A DNA stretch of 64,000 bases, taken from the NCBI RefSeq assembly GCF_036588685.1, contig NC_086377.1:744001-808000 (forward strand), in the 5' to 3' direction. Origin of the DNA: Mytilus trossulus (lineage: Eukaryota). Shown here piece by piece: positions 1 to 11,838 of this stretch (the stretch's first letter is position 1; the number at the start of each line of letters is the position of its first letter). A model generated the notes under the pieces. It worked only from the letters and a program-made list of their open reading frames with translations, ran no database searches and was not told the origin of the DNA. A program made the position numbers and the translations under genes.

Positions 1-502
1 TTTTGTGTTACATGTTGGGTGTCTGTGACATTTTTCTCATTCTGTACAGAGTTTTTGTGTTACATGTTGGGTGTCTGTGACATTTTTCTCATTCTGTACA
101 GAGTTTTTGTGTTACATGTTGGGTGTCTGTGACATTTTTCTCATTCTGTACAGAGTTTTTGTGTTACATGTTGGGTGTCTGTGATATTTTTCTCATTCTG
201 TACAGAGTTTTTGTGTTACATGTTGGGTATCTGTGACATTTTTCTCATTCTGTACAGAGTTTTTGTGTTACATGTTGGTTGTCTGTGACATTTTTCTCAT
301 TCTGTACAGAGTTTTTGTGTTACATGTTGGGTGTCTGTGACATTTTTCTCATTCTGTACAGAGTTTTTGTGTTACATGTTGGGTGTCTGTGACATTTTTC
401 TCATTCTGTACAGAGTTTTTGTGTTACATGTTGGGTGTCTGTGACATTTTTCTCATTCTGTACAGAGTTTTTGTGTTACATGTTGGGTGTCTGTGACATT
501 TT
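1..502. repeat. 52-bp tandem minisatellite, ~9.5 copies, runs off the window start (probably GABPB intron)
   Basis: Unit TTTTGTGTTACATGTTGGGTGTCTGTGACATTTTTCTCATTCTGTACAGAGT recurs with period 52. Confidence 0.95.
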
Positions 503-1442
503 TGGTCTATATCTTTTTCCCACTTTGTATATATAAATAAGATGTAGTATCAATTCCAATGAGAAAACTCTCAATCAAAGTCACGTTGACATAAAGCTAA
601 CAAGTATAGGTTAAAGTACAGCCTTCACTACAGAGTCTTGACTCACACTGAACAGCAAGCTTTAAAGGGCATGGTAATGACTAGTGTAATACAATTCTAA
701 CAGGAAAACCAACGGTCTTATCTACATACGAAACAAGAACCACAAATGACTACTGAACAACAGGCTCCTGACTAAGGACAGGTGCATACAACTTTGCCAG
801 CAAACAATTTTGCAGTTAAAGTCCATTCACCTCGTTCTGTGTCCTTTAATCTAACAAGAAAAGTCAACAAGATTTTGTGAATGATTGTACTTGATTTTGT
901 AAAGAAATATGTGCCAGCAGGCTCATTCAACAAGGTATTTAAATTATCTTGGCCTTAGCTATTAAATAGTTCTGTGCTAAGGATTCATTCTTTCCTTACA
1001 CAATTAAAACTGTAGAGTTTCGTGCTCACAAGAAGATGCCTGAGAAATCATGGTAAAATAAGGTGAGTGTTGAAACAAAGAGTTTTAAATTTCGTGGGCA
1101 GTACATAGACGGAGCATGCCTGCAAGCTTACAAGACACTGATGATGGTCTCTGAATTTGGAAATTTTGTAAGAAAAAAAATGTTTCAATGACAAATTCAG
1201 GAAGTACATAACACTGTGCACATTTATATGTCATATCACAAATATTTCAAACTTTGTTTTAGAGGAGTTATGGCTCAATGTAATCATTATCTTCCTTAAG
1301 TAGCATAGATTAATTATTAATTAAACTCTTCAAATATTAGTTTGATGTGATCCACAAAATCCATGAATGATTCTGACATAAGTATTTATATTTGGCAGTA
1401 ATATTATATTTTTGATTTAATTGTTTTTATTTAAATCTTTAG

Positions 1443-4400
1443 ACACAGCCACAACTGAGGCCATGAATTGGTTAGAAAGTCAGGGTATAACCATGATAAC
1501 GACCTCAGAGGGAGGGATCATCACATCAGCCATTGATAGTGGACAATCTATTACATTAACAGGTAAGAACTTGTAACCATGGTAACGACCTCAGAGGGAG
1601 GGATCATCACATCAGCCATTGATAGTGGACAATCTATTACATTAACAGGTAAGAACTTGTAACCATGGTAACAACCTCAGAGGGAGGGATCATCACATCA
1701 GCCATTGATAGTGGACAATCTATTACATTAACAGGTAAGAACTTGTAACCATGGTAACGACCTCAGAGGGAGGGATCATCACATCCGCCATTGATAGTGG
1801 ACAATCTATTACATTAACAGGTAAGAACTTGTAACCATGGTAACGACCTCAGAGGGAGGGATCATCACATCTGCCATTGATAGTGGACAATCTATTACAT
1901 TAACAGGTAAGGACTTGTAACCATGGTAACGACCTCAGAGGGAGGGATCATCACATCTGCCATTGATAGTGGACAATCTATTACATTAACAGGTAAGAAC
2001 TTGTAACCATGATAACGACCTCAAAGGGAGGGATCATCACATCCGCCATTGATAGTGGACAATCTATTACATTAACAGGTAAGGACTTGTAACCATGGTA
2101 ACGACCTCAGAGGGAGGGATCATCACATCTGCCATTGATAGTGGACAATCTATAACATTAACAGGTAAGGACTTGTAACCATGGTAACGACCTCAGAGGG
2201 AGGGATCATCACATCCGCCATTGATAGTGGACAATCTATTACATTAACAGGTAAGGACTTGTAACCATGGTAACGACCTCAGAGGGAGGGATCATCACAT
2301 CTGCCATTGATAGTGGACAATCTATAACATTAACAGGTAAGGACTTGTAACCATGATAACGACCTCAGAGGGAGGGATCATCACATCAGCCATTGATAGT
2401 GGACAATCTATTACATTAACAGGTAAGAACTTGTAACCATGGTAACGACCTCAGAGGGAGGGATCATCACATCTGCCATTGATAGTGGACAATCTAATAC
2501 ATTTACAGGTAAGAACTTGTTACCATGATAATGACCTCAGATGGAGGGATCATCACATCTGCCATTGATAGTGGACAATCTATTACATTAACAGGTAAGA
2601 ACTTGTAACCATGATAACAACCTCAGAGGGAGGGATCATCACATCAGCCATTGATAGTGGACAATCTATTACATTAACAGGTAAGAACTATTTACCATAG
2701 TGATCATGGTATCACCATGGTAACGACCTCAGAGGGAGGGATAATTACATCTGCCATTGCAAGTGGACAATCTATTACATTTTAAAACAGGTAAGAACTT
2801 CTAAAGTTTGTGAGGGCCGAACAAACTGTCAAAGGACAGGTGTCAACACACAATAATTCAAACAACCAAAAGAAATTTATTGAGGTCTTCAAAAAGACTT
2901 CAACAATTGTCAACGGTAAATTGTCAACACACAAATATTCAAACAATCAACAAACATCTTTAGAGGTTAGCAAAAAGTCTTTAACAATAGTCAAAGGTCA
3001 TTAGACATCTATTGAGGTCAGCAAAAAGTCTTTAACAATAGTCAAAGGTCAAATGTCAAGACCCAATTATTTAAATAAGCAAAAGACATCTATAGATATT
3101 AGCAAACTGCCTTCAACAATAGTCCAAGGTCAAATGTCAAGACCTAATTATTAAGATAACCTAAAGACATCTATAGATATTAGCAAACTGCCTTCAACAA
3201 TAGTCCAAGGTCAAATGTCAAGACCTAATTATTAAGATAACCTAAAGACATCTATAGATATTAGCAAACTGCCTTCAACAATAGTCCAAGGTCAAATGTC
3301 AAGACCTAATTATTAAGATAACCTAAAGACATCTATAGATATTAGCAAACTGCCTTCAACAATAGTCCAAGGTCAAATGTCAAGACCTAATTATTAAGAT
3401 AACCTAAAGACATCTATAGATATTAGCAAACTGCCTTCAACAATAGTCCAAGGTCAAATGTCAAGACCTATTTATTAAGATAACCTAAAGACATCTATAG
3501 ATATTAGCAAACTGCCTTCAACAATAGTCGAAGGTCAAATAACTATTAGACATCTATTGAGGTCAGCAAAAATTCTTCAACCATAGTCAAATGTTTACAC
3601 AATATATTCAGAAGTGTGTTTCAATATAGTAACTGTTTTATTTTCCAGAGGCAGGAAAAATTGCTCTCAACTTCATCAAACAGCAAGATGGAGAAGAAGG
3701 AGAAATTGTCGTTAAACCTGAAGTTGACCTTGGTCCTGAGGTCATAGAGGAAGAGGCTCACATAGGGGGTGATGTTGAAGATATTGTAACAGGGCTCCCA
3801 GAAGGAACGGAGTTGGTAACAACAGGAGGAGATATGGATGACCAGGTAAGGCTCACATAAGGGGTGATGTTGTAGATATTCTAATGGGGGTCCTAGGGGG
3901 GAAATTTAACGACACCAGAAGGGGCATGGACATCCAGTTACAGATCACAAGTGAATACTGTTGTAGATATTCTAATTGGGGTCCAAGTGTGCAAATTTAA
4001 TGACAACAGGCGGGTTTTGAGCCACAAGGTAAGGGGCACTAAGGGGTAATATTGTAGATATTCTAACTGGGCTTCATGTGAGGAGGGAATGTTTGCTAAA
4101 TATAATTGAAATCTGCTTTTTCTATTATTGGGGATTTATATTATTACTTTCTAAATATAAGCCTTTACAATAGTTAAATATTGAGTCCTCTAGATTAGGT
4201 GTTATTTGACCTTACCTTATTTTAAGTGATGTTCTTGTGATTTTTTATCTAATTTAAGCCAGTTAAGGTTTCATTTTATCACCATACTTTTCAATTTCAT
4301 CAGGATAAAGTAATTTTGATCAGGAAATCTTTTCCAAATTTGATTTTTTTTTACAGAATGTTTTAACGATCGTCTCAAACCAGGATCTTGGAGGTGTAAC

Positions 4401-7400
4401 GGAGGATGGTGAGATTGTTGCTATGGGTGATGATGTAGTTACCATGGAAAGTCAGGATTTAGTTGGAGATGTAACAGAACATTCTGATGGTATTGTCATG
4501 GTAACAGAAGTGGAGGGAGAGATCGTTACACCAACTGATGGAATGTTGACGATTACCGAGGTAACAGATGATGTCACCAACGTTACAATGGAAGGTGATG
4601 AAATAACAGAAACAGAATTACAGATCTCAGAAGAAAATAACATACACATCTCAGATGTTACGACAATTACAGAAACAAATAGTTTACAAATCTCAGATGT
4701 AACCATGGTAACAGACGGAGGAGGGGGCGATGCTTCAGGTTTGTTATTTAATAAACTGGACTCATTATTGTTCAGGGGATACACATTTTCAGGAATTTCA
4801 TTGTTACAGGTTATTCACGAAATTTAATTTAAACGATTACCAAGTTTCCTTAGTATCATATGGCAAAACCAAGATATCAAATATCCACCAAAAATGCAAG
4901 CTTTCCTCAATCCATGAAAATTAGTACCGAAGAAAAATAAATGAATCCACAGTACAACTTAATATTATTAAACTAATCCACAACGTCAATTACCACAGAA
5001 CACAAATATAAAATATTCTTATTTGAAACCATTTCAAATTCAAACACATTTAACCTCTAGAAATATTATTCAAATTATTATTTCTGTTTCTGAAATCAAA
5101 TCACCATAACTTCATCCACCAATGATAAAGCCAAGAAAGAGGCATTAAGTACCAACACTCCATCAATCCATTATAACTAAATATACACATCAATAGAGTA
5201 ACACCACTATTTCCTCATTGACAGATGAACCCCCAGCCAAAAGGTCGAGGACAGAAGTTGAAGATAAAGGGGATGGTGTAAGTTAAATAATGGTATATAT
5301 GTTTATGTTGTCTGTAGTCATAGTAACTCATATTACTGAGATCTTCATTTCCAAATGATAAGCAGGGTTTGACATTAACCCTAGGCCACTAGCCCAAGGC
5401 TATTAGTGAAGTTTTCATCACGTAGTCAAACAGGCTAGTTAAAATTAGGGAGGGCTAGTAAAGTTTTCATCACGTAGTCCAACGGGCTAGTTAAAATTGG
5501 GAAGGGCTAGTAAAGTTTTCATCACGTAGTCCGACGGGCTAGTTAAAATTGGGGAGGACTAGTAAAGTTTTCATCACATAGTCCAACTGGCTAGTTTAAA
5601 TTGGGGAGGGCTAGTAAAGTTTTCATCACGTAGTCCGACGGGCTAGTTAAAATTGGGGAGGACTAGTAAAGTTTTCATCACATAGTCCAACTGGCTAGTT
5701 TAAATTGGGGAGGGCTAGTAAAGTTTTCATCACGTAGTCCAACAGGCTAGTTAAAATTAGGGAGGGTTAGTAAAGTTTTCATCATGTAGTCAGACAGCCT
5801 AGTTAAAATTGGGGAGGGCTAGTAAAGTTTTCATCACGTAGTCCAACAGGCTAGTTAAAATTGAGGAGGGCTAGTAAAGTTTTCATCACATAGTCCGACA
5901 GGCTAGTTAAAATTGGGGAGGGCTAGTAAAGTTTTCATCACGTAGCCCGACAGGCTAGTTAAAATTGGGGAGGGCTAGTAAAGTTTTCATCACCTAGTCC
6001 GACAGGCTAGTTAAAATTGGGAAGGGCTAGTGAAGTTTTCATCACGTAGTCTGACGGGCTAGTTAAAATTGGGGAGGGCTAGTAAAGTTTTCATCATGTA
6101 GTCCGACGGGCTAGTTAAAATTTGGGAGGGCTAGTAAAGTTTTCATCACGTTGTCCAACGGGCTAGTTAAAATTGTGAAGGGCTAGTGAAGTTTTCATTA
6201 CGTAGTCTGACGGGCTAGTTAAAATTGGGGAGGACTAGTAAAGTTTTCATCTCGTAGTCTGACAGGCTAGTTAAAATTGGGAAGGGCTAGTAAAGTTTTT
6301 ATCACGTAGTCCGACGGGCTAGTTAAAATTGGGGAGGGCTAGTAAAGTTAATCACGTAGTCCGACGGGCTAGTTAAAATTGGGGAGAACTAGTAAAGTTT
6401 TCATCATGTAGTCCAACTGGCTAGTTTAAATTGGGGAGGGCTAGTAAAGTTTTCATCATGTAGTCCAACAGGCTAGTTAAAATTAGGGAGGGTTAGTAAA
6501 GTTTTCATCATGTAGTCAGACAGCCTAGTTAAAATTGGGGAGGGCTAGTAAAGTTTTCATCACGTAGTCCAACAGGCTAGTTAGAATTAGGGAGGGCTAG
6601 TAAAGTTTTCATCACGTAATCTGACGGGCTAGTTAAAATTGGGGAGGGCTAGTAAAGTTTTCATCATGTAGTCCGACAGGCTAGTTAAAGTTGAGGAGGG
6701 CTAGTAAAGTTTTCATCATGTAGCTATAGTCCGACAGGCTAGTTAAAATTGGGGAGGGCTAGTAAAGTTTTCATCACGTAGCCCGACAGGCTAGTTAAAA
6801 TTGGGGAGGGCTAGTAAAGTTTTCATCATGTAGTCCAACAGGCTTGTTAAATTTGGGGAGGGCTAGTAAAGTTTTCAATACGTAGTCTGACAGGCTAGTT
6901 TAAATTGGGGAGGGCTAGTAAAGTTTTCATCACGTAGTCCGACGGGCTAGTTAAAATTGGGGAGGACTAGTAAAGTTTTCATCACATAGTCCAACTGGCT
7001 AGTTTAAATTGGGGAGGGCTAGTAAAGTTTTCATCACGTAGTCCAACAGGCTAGTTAAAATTAGGGAGGGTTAGTAAAGTTTTCATCATGTAGTCAGACA
7101 GCCTAGTTAAAATTGGGGAGGGCTAGTAAAGTTTTCATCACGTAGTCCAACAGGCTAGTTAAAATTGAGGAGGGCTAGTAAAGTTTTCATCACATAGTCC
7201 GACAGGCTAGTTAAAATTGGGGAGGGCTAGTAAAGTTTTCATCACGTAGCCCGACAGGCTAGTTAAAATTGGGGAGGGCTAGTAAAGTTTTCATCACCTA
7301 GTCCGACAGGCTAGTTAAAATTGGGAAGGGCTAGTGAAGTTTTCATCACGTAGTCTGACGGGCTAGTTAAAATTGGGGAGGGCTAGTAAAGTTTTCATCA

Positions 7401-9341
7401 TGTAGTCCGACGGGCTAGTTAAAATTTGGGAGGGCTAGTAAAGTTTTCATCACGTTGTCCAACGGGCTAGTTAAAATTGTGAAGGGCTAGTGAAGTTTTC
7501 ATTACGTAGTCTGACGGGCTAGTTAAAATTGGGGAGGACTAGTAAAGTTTTCATCTCGTAGTCTGACAGGCTAGTTAAAATTGGGAAGGGCTAGTAAAGT
7601 TTTTATCACGTAGTCCGACGGGCTAGTTAAAATTGGGGAGGGCTAGTAAAGTTAATCACGTAGTCCGACGGGCTAGTTAAAATTGGGGAGAACTAGTAAA
7701 GTTTTCATCATGTAGTCCAACTGGCTAGTTTAAATTGGGGAGGGCTAGTAAAGTTTTCATCATGTAGTCCAACAGGCTAGTTAAAATTAGGGAGGGTTAG
7801 TAAAGTTTTCATCATGTAGTCAGACAGCCTAGTTAAAATTGGGGAGGGCTAGTAAAGTTTTCATCACGTAGTCCAACAGGCTAGTTAGAATTAGGGAGGG
7901 CTAGTAAAGTTTTCATCACGTAGTCTGACGGGCTAGTTAAAATTGAGGAGGGCTAGTAAAGTTTTCATCATGTAGCTATAGTCCGACAGGCTAGTTAAAA
8001 TTGGGGAGGGCTAGTAAAGTTTTCATCATGTAGTCCAACAGGCTTGTTAAATTTGGGGAGGGCTAGTAAAGTTTTCAATACGTAGTCTGACAGGCTAGTT
8101 AAAATTGGGGAGGGCTAGTAAAGTTTTCATCACGTAGTCCAACGGGCTAGTTAAAATTGGGGAGGGCTAGTAAAGTTTTCATCACGTAGTCCAACGGCCT
8201 AGTTTAAACTTTTGTTTGAAACTGGGAATTTCGAAAAATTGTAACTGTCAAGATATCCCTGTTGTGCTTTTTTAATTTGAGTAAAATAAAGCCAATGTTG
8301 TTGCTGCTTAACAGTCATGGGGTAATTATTATACAAGTGGATACTTATTATCACCTGATCTGATCTGATCTTCAAATGCTTATTTCATTAATTTTCCATG
8401 TTTTGACAAACGTTGCTTTAATTTTCCTTCATTAATCAATTATCCTCTTTTCTTTTTATGTCAGATTGTCAGAGCTGTTAATGAATATCTGATTACAGAA
8501 AAAGTAGCATTAAGAATTTTTCTGTAATCAGATATTTATTAACTGCTCTTACAATCTGACAGAGGTCATCAATTTTAAGTAACCTGATTGATCTATATGT
8601 AGTTAGAATAACTTACTTCAAGGTTATGTCTTGATCTACAAATTATTTTAGTTTATGCATATTTTTAATGAATTGTAAAAGCTGACATGCTTTACAAGCA
8701 AAAGATGATTTCTGCATGTATAATGGAATCCTGGTCTTATTTCAAATTAGATAAAACCAAGCTTGTGGGAAAAATATCAAGAAAATGTTGAAAAACACTC
8801 AGTTGAAGGGATTACATATTTACTTCTCAAATTACTTACTTCAGTGATTTTACAAAGTCTATATTTATTTTTGTGGAAATTTTTCAATTTTTCAAAGCCA
8901 TCCTCACCTAAAGATGTGATTCTGAAATCAATTGTACAAGTAGTACCTCTGACTGTTTAATAACTTAAGTTGAACGAAGTCGTAAAGGATTCCTGCTAGT
9001 TTGATTTCAAAAGACGGAATATTAAATGTATTTTAGAAGGTGACAATGTTTTTTTTCACACTTGGAGAATGAACTTTTCTCCACTAAGATAAATCTATAG
9101 AATATGTAATGAAGATTGTTGTTTTAAGCTATTTTAGTCACATTTTTTATTTTTTCAGATAAAAGTTGAGGATAAGGACGATTTGAAGAAACAGTTAGAA
9201 GAAATGCAGAAACAAGCCGAGGCCTTTAAACAACAGTTAAAACAGAAGGAAGTAGAAGCAGAGACTTATAAAAAACGTTTAAGTGACATAGGTTTACAAC
9301 CTGAGGACCAATCACAGGAAGATCAGGCAGCCAACGAATGA
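1443..9341 (+). CDS. GABPB: GA-binding protein beta subunit (GABPB1/2-like), last five coding exons; 5' ankyrin exons expected upstream of the window
   Basis: Exons 1443-1562, 3649-3845, 4357-4738, 5225-5277, 9159-9341 (TGA), all AG/GT bounded with compatible phases. Translation includes WLESQGITM...SAIDSGQSITLTEAGKIALN, DEPPAKRSR (cf. GABPB1 EEPPAKRQC) and the C-terminal coiled coil DDLKKQLEEMQKQAEAFKQQLKQKEVEAETYKKRL (cf. GABPB1 [35 protein letters not shown]). Confidence 0.85.
1487..2800 (+). repeat. 86-bp tandem array made of the 3' part of a GABPB exon plus its donor site, 15 donor copies
   Basis: ACATTAACAG|GTAAG donors at 1563, 1649, 1735 ... 2681 (period 86), plus a diverged copy at 2791. 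Confidence 0.95.
2990..3590. repeat. 81-bp intronic tandem repeat, ~6 good copies plus decayed flanks
   Basis: AAGGTCAAATGTCAAGACC at 3126, 3207, 3288 etc. Confidence 0.9.
3752..4075 (+). repeat. Old degenerate ~92-bp duplications of the GABPB exon 3649-3845 3' end and donor
   Basis: GCTCACATAgGGGGTGATGTTGaAGATATT...CAG|GTAAGG of the exon is echoed three times downstream (from ~3851, ~3942, ~4034). Confidence 0.7.
5400..8207. repeat. 52-bp satellite, ~54 copies, with a ~1304-bp higher-order duplication (last GABPB intron)
   Basis: Unit CTAGTAAAGTTTTCATCACGTAGTCCGACGGGCTAGTTAAAATTGGGGAGGG. Rare variants (GTTAATCACG at 6347/7651; TGTGAAG at 6174/7478) recur 1304 bp apart. Confidence 0.95.
8459..8561. 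repeat. Near-perfect inverted repeat/hairpin (45-bp arms, 3 mismatches, 13-nt loop)
   Basis: TGTCAGATTGTCAGAGCTGTTAATGAATATCTGATTACAGAAAAA ... TTTTTCTGTAATCAGATATTTATTAACTGCTCTTACAATCTGACA. Confidence 0.85.
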
Positions 9342-11832
9342 CTAGATATTGTATAGAGGATTTAAATGGACCAATGATTGGGATGTTTGGCAGATCATGT
9401 GACATTAAGATCAGCAGATCACATGACAGACCAACTGATGTTTAAAACAGTAAGCCTCTGAAGTGTGAAGCCTTTAAGTGACACAGATGTGTAACCAAAT
9501 GAAGCTGGATGTAAATTAAGTCAAATTATGTATTTAAATTTTGATTGACAGATATGTTTGATGCAAGAGTAAAAATATTGTCTCTAAGTATTAGATGGTT
9601 ATGATTAGGTCACAGAAATATGTTTCTTATCTTTTGAGTAAAGACGGTTAGTTTTATATGAAAGAACTTAGAACGGATACATTGTAACCTTGGTGAAATT
9701 TTAGGAAAAAGCACAATTATACTTTTGAGATTATACTTTTTAACAATGGCTCTTCCTTTTATCCATAGTTCTACTATTTGCCCCGTATTCAATGATTAAG
9801 TTGATTGTGGCAGAAATTTTCATGGAAGCTTTCAATGGATTAAGCCCCATCAGATATCAAATATCAAAATAAAGTTATAACAATAAGAAGTGATAATTGT
9901 CAAGCTATGTTTAAAAAAAACTTTTTATTTAGTAAACGTTGGGAAAAAAGTTTAAAATACATCGTTCTGTAAAAAAAAAAATTTTAAGATACAGTGGATT
10001 CATTTATTTTTATTGGTACCAAATTGTGGGTTTTGGTTAAGTCTGCTTTTAATCCTATGGAAAATTTGCAATTCATTGAATTTTATAATATGTGGTTCCC
10101 TGTTAACCACAAAACCCACAAATAAATAATAATGAATCCACAGTAGGTGAAAAATTGTAGTTATGATCAGAAATTAACACAGGAGTTTGTGCATTTTAAA
10201 GATAGAAAATTTAATTGACAGCATGATTGATGTCAGTTTTAATTATTACTTAAGTTTAAACGGTGTATGATTTAGGATTAAGGCTGTAAAAGTAAATATA
10301 GGATTGAGGCTGTAAAAGTAGATATACATGATATATGATTGAGTGAATTAAATGAATTGTTTTGTATGTTATTTATTACTACCTACTGTGTTCATTACAT
10401 GTTATATGTATGTTATTGATGATTTATAGCCCTACTGTAAAAGTTAAACTGTGTTACATTCAGCTTGTGTGTAGTATATATGTTATTGAAGATTTAAAGT
10501 CCAACTGTAAAAGTTCAGCTATATAACATTCACCTTGTGTGTGTAGTATATTGTGGGATTATTTATTTTCATGGGTACCAATATCCTTGGATTAAGGAAA
10601 ACTTTGATGTTCGTGAATATTATGTTCCAGGTTTTGCCAAAGCCTGCATAAAAGCCTATAGAAAATTAGTTATTTGTTGAACATTTAATTTTGTGGTTTA
10701 CATGTACCCAGGAAGTCCACTAAAATTGGTATCCAATGAAAAATAATGAATCCACAGTATATGTTATTGATGATTTAAACCCCTACTTGTTAAAGAGGGG
10801 CTATATTACATTTACCTTGTCCCCCTGGTTGTCCAACAATTATTTCCATCAGGTACCACTGAACAGTTCAACTACATATTTTCATCAGCAGCTTGACAGT
10901 AATGTGTGTATTCAGATCAACCTGTTTCTGTCTGCCAATACTTTGAAAATTTTGAGATAATTCCCCCTTGTAATCTAATCTGATCCAGATTTACCAATGC
11001 ACTGTTACAAAATTTTCATTATTTGCTCCTTGGTATTTAGATCTCTTTGTTGTTTTTAGATTAAGATACCCAGTGGGTTTGATAACTTAAAAAAATTCGC
11101 TACTATTTTCTTTAAAAAAAGCTTTGACACAAATGAAATATTGTATGTCTCTCTGATCTGTTAGAAACCTTCTTGATTCCAATACTTTGATTTATAAGTG
11201 AATGTATGCTTTGCATGATAAAGCTGTATTTCTTCTAAGGCTTAGATCAGTAACCTTTTGCCCATTTACACCTCAGATACACTTTAAATGTAAAAAATAA
11301 TGTTTGTGACTTCTTGATAACTTTTCTTGAATTTAAGACCAACAGTATACCTTTATCTTGGATACTTTTGGATGATATTTTTTCATCCCTCATAAGGTGT
11401 GACATTCAAGTAACAAAGAGATGCGCTCATTCTATTAAATCAATTGATTTTAAAAAGTGTAATGAACAGTAGTTTACAAACGTGCTTGCTTCAAGCAGTA
11501 TACACATTCTTGTAATCTGACATAAAAAGTTAGAGGAGGGATTCAAACATTCCAGTGTCAAGGGTTGGAGTAATATTATTGAAGTAAACCATAAAATGTC
11601 TTGGATAAAAACTAATCTACAACTGATTGTATAGAATTGAGTATCAGACAAAAATACCTGGCTAAACAATTACATGACAACCCCTTTAATTACTGATGTG
11701 TACAAAGATGATGACATAAGATATAAACTTTGTAAGCTGATGTCTTACTATGCTCACTGTCATTGATGAACTTATGAACCAATACTTTATTTTTTTTAAA
11801 TGAAAGAAATTTTGTATTTATTCCATTTTGTA

Positions 11833-11838
11833 AATAAA
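11833..11838 (+). terminator. Candidate GABPB polyadenylation signal (would give a ~2.5-kb 3' UTR)
   Basis: AATAAA followed by a T-rich tract, at the end of a largely repeat-poor stretch after the stop codon. Confidence 0.35.

Noticed and set aside
4739-4827. C-terminal part of ORF 4423-4827 as coding
   Set aside because: The donor at 4739 joins in phase to the DEPPAKR exon, so the remainder is intronic read-through.
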